Source: an uncultured Saprospiraceae bacterium
GTDB taxonomy: Bacteria; Bacteroidota; Bacteroidia; Chitinophagales; Saprospiraceae
Direction of reading: 5' to 3'
DNA: 64,000 bases
Assembly (NCBI GenBank): GCA_938022935.1
Contig: CALIHL010000124.1
Coordinates: forward strand, 11,585 to 75,584
Under the pieces are notes generated by a model. That model searched no databases, was not told where the DNA came from, and worked only from the letters and a program-made list of their open reading frames with translations. Position 1 is the first letter of the stretch. Every line of letters starts with the position of its first letter. A program made the translations under genes and the position numbers. Below are positions 19,942 to 28,970 of this stretch, in pieces.

Positions 19942-19987
19942 AATAATATTAGCATACTATATATTTTAGTACAATGCTAATATTATT
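19942..19987. promoter_or_regulatory. Candidate operator: 14-bp perfect inverted repeat with an 18-bp spacer
   Basis: AATAATATTAGCAT (19942-19955) and ATGCTAATATTATT (19974-19987) are exact reverse complements. The repeat lies immediately upstream of the -7 box of the lexA-like gene. Confidence 0.5.
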
Positions 19988-20153
19988 AGCTTTTATATTT
20001 GACACATATCGTGTAAAGCCTATAAATCATTTTTCAATCAACCTTTCCAGTCTTTCTATTCTAGCTTCTAATCTTTCAATATGATCTTGCTGTTCATTAA
20101 TGGCTTGAATAGCAGGTGGGCCAAAGCCCATATAATTAACCCAACGGTTTTCA

Positions 20154-23100
20154 TCAACTCGGCCTTAACCGTTGTTGTGACTCATAATCACTTACTAATT
20201 CATCCTTTTTAATCTCGTCTTCTCTAAACCGCGGATCAGCGATATAGGGCAGCTTGGACATTTCTTGGACTTCTATACTGTAATACTCAAACTCCTCTAC
20301 CACCTTGCCTTTGATCAAGTAGATGCCTCGGCCCATAAAAGGATACTTCGCTGCTATTTGTGGAAAATGTACAGTATCTAAAAAGTGTCCCTCTATATCG
20401 ATGAATGTCCCAAAGTTCATACGTTCTCCCTTAGACGTTCCAGTATTCTTTATGCTGATCAGATAGCCGACAATTGAGACTGATTGATTAAGGAGGTCAG
20501 GCAGATCACATTTGCATAAGCGTGGATACTCTTGATCTTCTAACAATGAAAAAGGATCACATAGCGGAAACCCCAGAATCTCCATCTGGTCAAACGCATC
20601 TTCATGATCTTCTGTCATCAGGTTAGGCAACTTATATTCTTTCACCGTTGGCGAAAAAAGTTTGGCTTGCACAACATTGGACTTCTTGCTTCGCTGCAAT
20701 AGCTGATGCGCTTTCCAAAGCAACTCTTTCTTCATCTGGCCCAGGCTTCTCAATGCATCAATCCTAATCAGCGTACATAACTGTTCTAATCCTATACCCG
20801 TCCGCTCTACGATACCAACTAATGACCGATAAGTCCCCGCTCTATCTCTACTTTTTGTGATCCGAGAGATGATATCGCCCTCTAATCCATGCACCATGCT
20901 CAAGCCGATGTAGACACATTTGCCATCGATCACGCAGCCTCCATCACTTCGGTTGATACAGGGTGGATATATCGTAGCACCACTCATCCGGGCTTCATGT
21001 ACATAGAGTTCTGGTCGATAAAAACCACCACCATTGTTAATAGTAGCTACCATATACTCAATGGGATAGTGGGCTTTTAAAAACAAACTCTGATAACTCT
21101 CCACCGCATATGAAGCCGAGTGCCCTTTAGCAAAAGCATAGCCTGCAAAGCTTTCGATCTGCCGCCAGACTTCTCTAGACAAAGCGTCATCGTATCCTTT
21201 CTCCACACAGTTCTCAAAGTATTTATCTCGTACTCGATCAAACTCTGCCCGAGATCGATACTTACCTGACATCCCTCGTCTCAAAACATCCGCTTCTCCG
21301 AGTGTAAGCCCAGCAAAGTAGTGGGCTACCTTGATCACATCTTCTTGATAAACCATGATGCCATAGGTGTCAGGCATGATCTCTGCCATCACCTTGTGGG
21401 CTTGCTTTCTGCGCTCAGGTTGTCGGTCTCTCAGGATATACTCACGCATCATACCAGACTTGGCAACGCCTGGCCTAATGATGGAGCTGGCCGCTACTAA
21501 GCCCAGATAATTATCTACTCGCAACTTGGCCAGCAACATTCTCATCGCAGGTGACTCTACGTAAAAGCATCCGATAGCCTTCCCTTGTTCCAACAACGCC
21601 CTAACAGCAGGATCTTTCTTGAATCGCTTCAAGTCATGTATATCTATTGGGTCATCAGTAGGGTTATTGTTTCGGATGATGCTCAAGCTTTCTTTGATCT
21701 TGGCAAGACCCCGTTGACCAAGGATATCAAACTTGTACAAACCAACATCTTCGGCTACCACCATATCAAACTGTGTCGTTGGAAAGCCCTTGGGCGGGAC
21801 ATAAGTAGCTGTATAACATGATAGAGGCAACTCGGAGATAACGATGCCCGCAGAGTGCACACTTAGGTGACTGGGCAGCCCTTGGATCAAAGAAGCATAC
21901 TTGAGGACCATCTGAGCATGCCGATCGAGCTTTTCAAAATCAACCTTACCTCTAGTCAGTATATCTATCTCTTCTTTGGGTAAACCAAACACCTTGCTTA
22001 ACTCCCTTACAGCTGCGCGAAACTGGAAAGTACTGTAGACGGCGAGAAGGGCCGTATGCGGAAATCGATCAAATATATACTGAGTCACATCAGCACGATC
22101 TCTCCAGGAGAAATCAATATCAAAATCAGGCGGGTTCTCTCGATATAAGTTAATGAATCGTTCAAAGTATAAATCTAACTCTATGGGGTCTACATCAGTG
22201 ATCTGTAGCAGATATGCCACTATACTATTGGCACCACTGCCTCTGCCAACATAGAAATATCCTCTGTTCCGCGCATAGGATGTGATGTCCCAATTAATCA
22301 AAAAGTACGATACAAAGCCCTTGTCAATGATGATGGAGAGCTCTTTTTTTATCCGCGCTGTTATCTCTGGCGTAGGCTCAGGGTATCTATATCGCAATCC
22401 ATCTGTACACAAGCGTCGGACCAACTGGATATCCTTAGAAATTGATCCAGTGTAAGTCTTCTGATTCTTAGTCTCTGGGTGCTCAAAATCAAAAGAAACA
22501 TGGCAGTCTGCCAAGATCTGATCGGCCTGAGTTACCAAAAAGGGAAACTCCACATATGATTGTTCATAAGCCGATCGACTTAAGAGTAAATCATGGGCTT
22601 TAGCATAGTCATCCACTGTTACCTTGGTATATATGGTGTTAAGATCTATAGCTCTTAACAGCTTATGTACGTGATGGTCTGTCTGATCCCTAAAGCTTCC
22701 ATGCTGTAAAGCAACGAGTCGATCTTTAGGAAGGTCTTTCCGAACTTTTAAGCGATTAAGCTCTGTGCTTTTTATGCCTATATACTCATATGATCGCAGT
22801 GCTCTTTTGGGACTTTTACTCAAGGGATATATGATCTTGACATGTTTAAACTCAGGAGCCTCTTCGGGTATACTTAGGTTATCTTGGGCGAGGTGTTTGC
22901 TCAAATATTCATTGAGCTCTTGAAACCCATCGTTATTCTGAGCTAACCCAATGTATAGTTGATCGATACCATTTCTGAAGTCTATACCTACCGCAGCTTG
23001 AATATCTTGTTGGGCAGCCAGCCTCAAAAAATTCAAACAGCCAGAAGTGTTATTGATATCGGTCAGCGCGATCTGTTGATAACCATATGATGTGGCTAAT

Positions 23101-23168
23101 GATAACAGTTCCTTTGGACGTATCATCCCATACTTAAAGCTATAGCAGCTGTGGTTATTAAGAGACAT
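20154..23168 (-). CDS. dnaE2: error-prone DNA polymerase III alpha paralogue (DnaE2-type)
   Basis: 1004 aa. It has an N-terminal PHP domain (NHSCYSFKYGMIRP...IALTDINN), a Pol III alpha core and a C-terminal OB region. The size fits DnaE2 rather than the replicative DnaE1. Confidence 0.85.
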   Translation of the reverse strand: MSLNNHSCYSFKYGMIRPKELLSLATSYGYQQIALTDINNTSGCLNFLRLAAQQDIQAAVGIDFRNGIDQLYIGLAQNNDGFQELNEYLSKHLAQDNLSIPEEAPEFKHVKIIYPLSKSPKRALRSYEYIGIKSTELNRLKVRKDLPKDRLVALQHGSFRDQTDHHVHKLLRAIDLNTIYTKVTVDDYAKAHDLLLSRSAYEQSYVEFPFLVTQADQILADCHVSFDFEHPETKNQKTYTGSISKDIQLVRRLCTDGLRYRYPEPTPEITARIKKELSIIIDKGFVSYFLINWDITSYARNRGYFYVGRGSGANSIVAYLLQITDVDPIELDLYFERFINLYRENPPDFDIDFSWRDRADVTQYIFDRFPHTALLAVYSTFQFRAAVRELSKVFGLPKEEIDILTRGKVDFEKLDRHAQMVLKYASLIQGLPSHLSVHSAGIVISELPLSCYTATYVPPKGFPTTQFDMVVAEDVGLYKFDILGQRGLAKIKESLSIIRNNNPTDDPIDIHDLKRFKKDPAVRALLEQGKAIGCFYVESPAMRMLLAKLRVDNYLGLVAASSIIRPGVAKSGMMREYILRDRQPERRKQAHKVMAEIMPDTYGIMVYQEDVIKVAHYFAGLTLGEADVLRRGMSGKYRSRAEFDRVRDKYFENCVEKGYDDALSREVWRQIESFAGYAFAKGHSASYAVESYQSLFLKAHYPIEYMVATINNGGGFYRPELYVHEARMSGATIYPPCINRSDGGCVIDGKCVYIGLSMVHGLEGDIISRITKSRDRAGTYRSLVGIVERTGIGLEQLCTLIRIDALRSLGQMKKELLWKAHQLLQRSKKSNVVQAKLFSPTVKEYKLPNLMTEDHEDAFDQMEILGFPLCDPFSLLEDQEYPRLCKCDLPDLLNQSVSIVGYLISIKNTGTSKGERMNFGTFIDIEGHFLDTVHFPQIAAKYPFMGRGIYLIKGKVVEEFEYYSIEVQEMSKLPYIADPRFREDEIKKDELVSDYESQQRLRPS

Positions 23169-23210
23169 TGGCTTTTAAAGTCGGTAAAAAGCCTAATGTA
23201 TGTCCAATCG

Positions 23211-23236
23211 TATTAGTATGCTGATTTTGTTAGCAT
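23211..23236. promoter_or_regulatory. Candidate operator upstream of dnaE2, sharing TATTAGYAT-N10-TTAGYAY with the lexA-like promoter
   Basis: TATTAGTAT-GCTGATTTTG-TTAGCAT compares with TATTAGCAT-ACTATATATT-TTAGTAC at 19947-19972. The half-site spacing is the same (17 nt start to start). Confidence 0.35.
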
Positions 23237-23905
23237 TTAGAACAAAGAGGATTGTTCTTTCTTTTGTCGCTTCGTTTCGACGAGTTGATCAGTACTTCTG
23301 ATACTTCTAAAATAGTTAAACAAGTGTGCTCCGCCCAAGAGCGCCAAGGCCAAAAAACATGGGCTTATCACCACAAAAAAGGACTGCGCCAAAGTCTGTT
23401 CTACACCTCTATTGTTGATAAACCAGATAATCGCACTGACGATAGCAGAGCAAAAGATCAGGATCAAAGCAGTTAACCTGATAGCAGAAGAAGTGAAGTT
23501 GTAATAGGCTCGATAAGAACGCTCCATAAACTTTCGATACCGCTTATCATGTGGGTGCATACCCACCAGTTGCTCACCTATATGTTTTGCTTCTTCATAT
23601 CTGAGCATCTCATAGTATGAGATTGCCTTCATAAACAATAGGCCCTCGTAAGTCCTACCAGTTATGTAATTAACATTGTGAAGGAAGACATACTCTATGA
23701 CAGCATCTATCTCAGATAAAACATTGTCAAACTTCTCTACAGCAAATAGAGACTTGATATAATGGTAAGTAAAGTAGTATTGCTTTGGCTCATCAAGAGC
23801 AAAGATGAACTCTGTGTTTTCTTCATAAAACAGAATGCGCTCAGCATGATCTTCTTTCTCGATCTGCTCAAATAGAATAAGTATAGGCTCTTTCGTTGAA
23901 AACAT
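23237..23905 (-). CDS. hypothetical membrane protein (helical-repeat N-terminus, two C-terminal TM helices)
   Basis: 222 aa with two hydrophobic segments near the C-terminus. I recognise no family. Confidence 0.5.
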   Translation of the reverse strand: MFSTKEPILILFEQIEKEDHAERILFYEENTEFIFALDEPKQYYFTYHYIKSLFAVEKFDNVLSEIDAVIEYVFLHNVNYITGRTYEGLLFMKAISYYEMLRYEEAKHIGEQLVGMHPHDKRYRKFMERSYRAYYNFTSSAIRLTALILIFCSAIVSAIIWFINNRGVEQTLAQSFFVVISPCFLALALLGGAHLFNYFRSIRSTDQLVETKRQKKEQSSLF

Positions 23906-23998
23906 CTGCTACTTCTGAACTAACCAAATCTAAATCGAATCTGCGAGACTATCACAGCTTAAGTTGTTAAATCAAAAGAGACCGGTAAATTTTTGATG

Positions 23999-24877
23999 TT
24001 AATTGCGCTTATCTGCGCCCCACGACAGTTTCTCATGTATCGTGTTAAAGAAGGACTGGCCATGAAGGATGATCAACTTAGTACTAAAGTCGGACTTTCT
24101 AACAGCCAGCTGGTGCTCTGCAGTAATTGTCTCGTAGCGAGAGTCCAGTGTCGATAGGAAGTTTTTTGCCCTACCTTCTATTGCAAATGATATGACCGAA
24201 CTATCAGATATCACCAAGGGTCTGACGTTAAGATTGTGCGGAGCAACTGGGGTTATAACCATGTTTCCTGAGTTCGGAAAAACAATAGGCCCACCACAAC
24301 TCAATGAATATCCTGTAGATCCAGTCGGCGTAGCAACGATCAAACCATCTGCCCAATAAGAGTTAAGATAATCTCCATTGATATAGGTGTGGATACTAAC
24401 CATAGAGGAAGTATCACGTTTGTGGATAGTAAAGTCGTTGAGTGCAAAGTTGACATGACCAAAAACTCTAGGGTCTGACTCCAAGCAAAGCATACTTCTT
24501 TCTTCGATCGTATACTGGCCTTCTGCCACTTTCTGCATCGCCATCTCGATGTTCTTGCGCTCTACTGCAGATAAAAAGCCCAGTCTTCCCAAGTTGATCC
24601 CAACAATAGGAATCCCAAGATCTCGTATAATGCAAGTCGCACTAAGGATCGTACCATCACCGCCAAGCGTAATTGTAAGATCTGCGCCAGCCTCTTTGAG
24701 TGCTTCATAATCTTTGATGGGGATGATCTTAGGCTTGAGCTCATGCTTTTGGGCAAAGTCATATAGATTCATACTTGCAAACACAGTCCAGTCATACTGC
24801 TCGACGACGGAGAGTAAGGTTTTAAGAGTGGGCAAGTAGTCCTCCTGAACGAATCGCGCAAACAAGAATATTTTCAT
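23999..24877 (-). CDS. nadK: NAD+ kinase
   Basis: 292 aa. It has the GGDGT motif (LGGDGTIL) and ATPTGSTGYSLSCGGP. Confidence 0.92.
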   Translation of the reverse strand: MKIFLFARFVQEDYLPTLKTLLSVVEQYDWTVFASMNLYDFAQKHELKPKIIPIKDYEALKEAGADLTITLGGDGTILSATCIIRDLGIPIVGINLGRLGFLSAVERKNIEMAMQKVAEGQYTIEERSMLCLESDPRVFGHVNFALNDFTIHKRDTSSMVSIHTYINGDYLNSYWADGLIVATPTGSTGYSLSCGGPIVFPNSGNMVITPVAPHNLNVRPLVISDSSVISFAIEGRAKNFLSTLDSRYETITAEHQLAVRKSDFSTKLIILHGQSFFNTIHEKLSWGADKRN

Positions 24878-25021
24878 CTATTGTCTAATCAATTACTCTA
24901 AAAAAAATAGAGTTCTATGAATCATTATACTGCAAATAGTGCACCACATCCTCAAAAATTACAAATCAATGGTTATCAAGTGTTTATATGGTCTTAAAAT
25001 TACCATTTCAGCTTGACTGAC

Positions 25022-25115
25022 TATTGACTCAGACCTAAACTTTATATAGCTTTAGGGTTTAGTAAGATAGACTAATCTCGTGATGCGAGAATAGTCTATT
25101 GAGATGGAGTCAATA
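25022..25115. other. Unassigned structured element (outer stem plus two internal hairpins)
   Basis: The outer stem is 9 bp, TATTGACTC/GAGTCAATA. It encloses CCTAAA/TTTAGG and a 14-bp stem ATAGACTAATCTCG/CGAGAATAGTCTAT with one A-A mismatch and a 5-nt loop. Confidence 0.35.
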
Positions 25116-25185
25116 CCCAAGACCCTTAAGATTTAGACCAGAATCCAGCTCAAGACAAACGTATCATCACAAGTGATAAAGAAGT

Positions 25186-28100
25186 ATGGCTGAATATAAA
25201 GACGTTGGAAGTGGATCAAGCTATGATTTACTCATAAATAAGCTTGACAAGTTTATACGCAAATACTACTCTAACAAAATCCTCCGAGGGACATTGATCA
25301 CTATAGCTACTTGTGTAGCTATGTTTTTGATCTATGCTTTCTTAGAACACCAGTTTTATCTGTCTCAAGGCGGACGAAAGCTTCTTTTCTTTTCCTACCT
25401 CATCATTCTTTTGGGATCTGTAGGATATCTAATTCTCAATCCTCTTCTTCGGTACTTCAGACTAGGCAATACGATAAGTCATGAGCAAGCAGCTAGTATA
25501 CTTGGTGAGCACTTTAACGACATGCAGGATAAGCTTGTCAATGTCTTGCAGCTAAAGAAAGATGCAGCCAGCGATGACAGCGCGCTTGTTATGGCCAGCA
25601 TCAACCAGAAGGCCGACAAAATCAAGTTGATCCCGTTTAGACAAGCGATCGATCTGGGTGCAAACAAGAAGTATTTGAAGTATGCGCTTCCTCCAGTTCT
25701 TATGCTAGTGTTCTTATTATTTGCAGCTCCAAGTTTGATCAAGGATAGTACTTATCGCATCATTAACAATGGACAAAACTTTGAGCGTGAAGCACCTTTT
25801 CAGTTCGCTTTCTCAAATGATGATTTTGAAGTAGTACAGTTTGAAGATTATCGATTGCAGATTACTGTTGAAGGTGATCAGTTACCAAATGAAGCTTTTA
25901 TAAAAGTTGATGACTATGAGTATCGACTCAACAAAGAGTCCGCTAATCAATACTCGTATCTCTTTTCTAATGTCAGAGATGACATGGACTTTGAAGTATA
26001 CGCTGGACAATATGGAAGTGACGAACAAACACTGACCGTACTGCCAAAACCTAAGATGGTTGACTTCAGTGTATCTCTTAAGTACCCTCGCTATACAGGT
26101 CGTGGTAGTGAGATACTTCAAAACACGGGAGACTTCGCAGTACCAGAAGGAACAAAAGCAGAATGGGTCTTTGACACTAAAAGTACCAATAGCATCAAGT
26201 TGAATTTTGCAGATGACGCTCCTGCCGATATGGAGAAAAACGGATCTGCATCATTTGGCTTTAGCAAATCAATCTACAATGACGCGTCTTATCAGATAGC
26301 GTTGAGCAATGATAGGGTGCCTCAAGGAGATTCTCTTTCGTTTTTTATAAATACAATTAAAGATCAATATCCACAAATATCAGTTGACATCATAAAAGAT
26401 AGTCTTCAAGAAAATATATACTTCTTCGTAGGTAACGCTTCTGATGATTACGCGCTGACTAGATTACAATTTGTCTATGAACATGTAGATGAAAAAGGTA
26501 CCGTTGTTACAAAAGGCGCTAAAGATCTATCAGCTTCTATCAGCCCACAGATCGATTATGACTATGTGATGGACATAGAAGAGTATGAGTTGAAGCCTGG
26601 AGATAAGCTCAACTATTATTTTGAAGTGTTTGATAATGATGGCGTGCATGGCGCAAAGTCAAGCAAGACTTCTGTTATGGCTCACCAAAAGAAAACACTT
26701 GAAGAGCTTAAGTTAGAAGAGTCCAACAACGAAAAAGAAATAAAAGACAAGCTAAAGGAAAGTATAGAAGAATCTAAAAAGATACAAGAAGAGCTTCAAA
26801 AGCTAAGAGAGAAGCTTTTGCAAAAAGAGCAACCTGATTGGCAGGACAAAAAAGAATTAGAAAAACTCTTAGATAAGCAAAAGCAGCTTCAGGAGAATCT
26901 TAAAGATGTCCAGCAAGCCAATGATCAAAACATGAAAAACCAAATGGAGATGCAATCTACATCTCCTGAAACCCTTGAGAAGCAACAGCGCATCCAAGAG
27001 TTAATGGAAGAAACTGTAAACAATGAGATGCAAGAGTTAATGGAGCAAATCCAAGAACTAATGCAGGAGCTCAACAAAGAACAGTCTCTTGAGATGATGG
27101 AGGAGTTTGAAATGAACGAAGAGCAGTTAGAAGATCAGATGGAGCGTCTTGAAGAGCTGTACAAACAATTAGAGGTTGAAAAGGAGATGGAAGAAGCCAT
27201 CGACAAACTGGAAGAACTAAGTAAGGAGCTCGATGAATTAAGTGAAGAAACTAAAGAAGAGTCTAAGAGCAAAGAAGAGTTAGAAGAAAAGCAGGAGGAG
27301 ATCAATAAAGAGTTTGAAGAGCTTAAGGAGGAGATGAAAGAGACCTTTGAAAAAAATGAAGAGTTAGAGCAGCCAGAGCAAATGGAAGATGATATGCCTG
27401 AGCAGATGGAGGAAGTAAGCAATGATCTTGAAGACAGTGAAGAATCCCTTGAACAAGACCAAAATCAAAAAGCTTCTGAGTCCCAAAAGAAAGCATCTGA
27501 GAAAATGCAAAAGATGGCTGGCAGCATGAAAGGTCAGATGCAAGCAGGTGAATCACAAGAGATGACAGAGGATATCGAAACTATCCGTCAACTTTTAGAA
27601 AATCTTGTTACACTTTCTTTTGATCAAGAATCATTAGTTGGATATATCAATAGAACGACTATCAATACACCAAGATATGTAGCGCTTGTACAAGACCAGA
27701 TGCGCATCAAAGATGACTTCCAAGTAGTACAAGATACCTTGAAATCATTGGCCAAGAGACAACCGGACATAGAGACTTATGTTCTTGAAAAAGTAACAGA
27801 AGTAAAACACAATTTATCTGGTAGTCTGACTCAATTAGAAGCACGTAAAAAGCCTGAAGCAAATCAAAGTCAAAGGACAACAATGAAGAATCTGAACGAT
27901 CTGGCACTAATGTTGTCTGAGAGTATGGAGCAGATGCAACAACAGATGGCCGGCATGATGTCCGGTAGTCAGATGTGTCAGAATCCGGGTAATAAGCCAG
28001 GCAAAAAACCTGGTAAGAAGGGTAATAGTAATAGTCCAGGAGATAAGATCTCGAAGGGTCAAGAAAAAATGAGTGAACAACTCCAAAAAATGATGGAGCA

Positions 28101-28563
28101 AGAAAAGGGTAAAGCCAAAGGAGGAAAAGGCAATGGTGCCAAAGAATTCGCAGAAGCTGCAGCTAAGCAAGCAGCACTTCGTAAAGCCCTTCAAGATCTT
28201 GCCAAAGAACAACAGGAGCAAGGACAAGGAGCCTCTGATGAGCTCCAGAAGATCATCGATGAGATGAACAAGCAAGAGATCGATCTTGTCAACAAAAGAC
28301 TGGATAGCGAGATGCTCTCCCGCCAACAAGAAATACTTACAAGACTATTAGAAGCAGAGTCAGCTCAAAAAGAAAGAGAGCTGGATAACAAGCGCAAATC
28401 TGAATCCGGAGAAGACTCAAAACGTGAGATGCCGCCAAGCATCGAAGAATATATCAAGAAGCGAAAAGCATTGCTCGAGCAATACAAATATGCATCCCCG
28501 CAAATGAAGCCGCACTACAAGCAATTGGTTGATGAATATTACAAAAAATTGAAACGAGCCTAA
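25186..28563 (+). CDS. DUF4175-family large membrane protein with E/K/Q-rich coiled-coil region
   Basis: 1125 aa. The N-terminal KLDKFIRKYYSN plus TM helices and ...NDMQDKLVNVLQL match DUF4175 proteins as I remember them. A ~500-aa highly charged low-complexity segment follows. Confidence 0.65.
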   Translation: MAEYKDVGSGSSYDLLINKLDKFIRKYYSNKILRGTLITIATCVAMFLIYAFLEHQFYLSQGGRKLLFFSYLIILLGSVGYLILNPLLRYFRLGNTISHEQAASILGEHFNDMQDKLVNVLQLKKDAASDDSALVMASINQKADKIKLIPFRQAIDLGANKKYLKYALPPVLMLVFLLFAAPSLIKDSTYRIINNGQNFEREAPFQFAFSNDDFEVVQFEDYRLQITVEGDQLPNEAFIKVDDYEYRLNKESANQYSYLFSNVRDDMDFEVYAGQYGSDEQTLTVLPKPKMVDFSVSLKYPRYTGRGSEILQNTGDFAVPEGTKAEWVFDTKSTNSIKLNFADDAPADMEKNGSASFGFSKSIYNDASYQIALSNDRVPQGDSLSFFINTIKDQYPQISVDIIKDSLQENIYFFVGNASDDYALTRLQFVYEHVDEKGTVVTKGAKDLSASISPQIDYDYVMDIEEYELKPGDKLNYYFEVFDNDGVHGAKSSKTSVMAHQKKTLEELKLEESNNEKEIKDKLKESIEESKKIQEELQKLREKLLQKEQPDWQDKKELEKLLDKQKQLQENLKDVQQANDQNMKNQMEMQSTSPETLEKQQRIQELMEETVNNEMQELMEQIQELMQELNKEQSLEMMEEFEMNEEQLEDQMERLEELYKQLEVEKEMEEAIDKLEELSKELDELSEETKEESKSKEELEEKQEEINKEFEELKEEMKETFEKNEELEQPEQMEDDMPEQMEEVSNDLEDSEESLEQDQNQKASESQKKASEKMQKMAGSMKGQMQAGESQEMTEDIETIRQLLENLVTLSFDQESLVGYINRTTINTPRYVALVQDQMRIKDDFQVVQDTLKSLAKRQPDIETYVLEKVTEVKHNLSGSLTQLEARKKPEANQSQRTTMKNLNDLALMLSESMEQMQQQMAGMMSGSQMCQNPGNKPGKKPGKKGNSNSPGDKISKGQEKMSEQLQKMMEQEKGKAKGGKGNGAKEFAEAAAKQAALRKALQDLAKEQQEQGQGASDELQKIIDEMNKQEIDLVNKRLDSEMLSRQQEILTRLLEAESAQKERELDNKRKSESGEDSKREMPPSIEEYIKKRKALLEQYKYASPQMKPHYKQLVDEYYKKLKRA

Positions 28564-28571
28564 CCGACTGT

Positions 28572-28970
28572 ATGATTGATTTAACACTGAAATTACCGTC
28601 AAGTACTAACAGTATTTGTAAGCTTGAAGAATACATCCAATGTATCGGAAAGCAGTACAATATCTGTCAGAACAAATTTCCTGACATTCTAATCAGCCTA
28701 ACGGAAGCAGTAAATAATGCTATCATCCACGGCAATAAGGAGAGCTCAGACAAATATGTTCACGTTGTGCTTAACGAAACATCTGAAGGTCTTGCCTTTA
28801 CTGTGCATGATGAAGGCCCGGGGTTTAACCCTCAAAGTGTGCCAGATCCAACCAGCCCAGAGCATCTAGATTGTTGTGGTGGACGTGGGGTCTTCTTAAT
28901 GAAACAACTCGCTGACGAAGTCCAATACCTCAATGAAGGAAGGACAGTTCGTATGGATTTCTGTATTTGA
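28572..28970 (+). CDS. RsbW/SpoIIAB-like HATPase_c protein (anti-sigma-factor-type Ser kinase fold)
   Basis: 132 aa. It has an N-box EAVNNAIIHGN, a G1 box DEGPGF and a G2 box GGRGVFLM. Confidence 0.7.
   Translation: MIDLTLKLPSSTNSICKLEEYIQCIGKQYNICQNKFPDILISLTEAVNNAIIHGNKESSDKYVHVVLNETSEGLAFTVHDEGPGFNPQSVPDPTSPEHLDCCGGRGVFLMKQLADEVQYLNEGRTVRMDFCI

Noticed and set aside
26700-28450. Repetitive GAA/GAG/AAA-rich DNA as a tandem repeat or array-like element
   Set aside because: It lies inside one long open frame and encodes the E/K/Q-rich coiled-coil part of the DUF4175 protein. Only short imperfect repeats (about 36 nt) are visible, with no spacer/repeat architecture.
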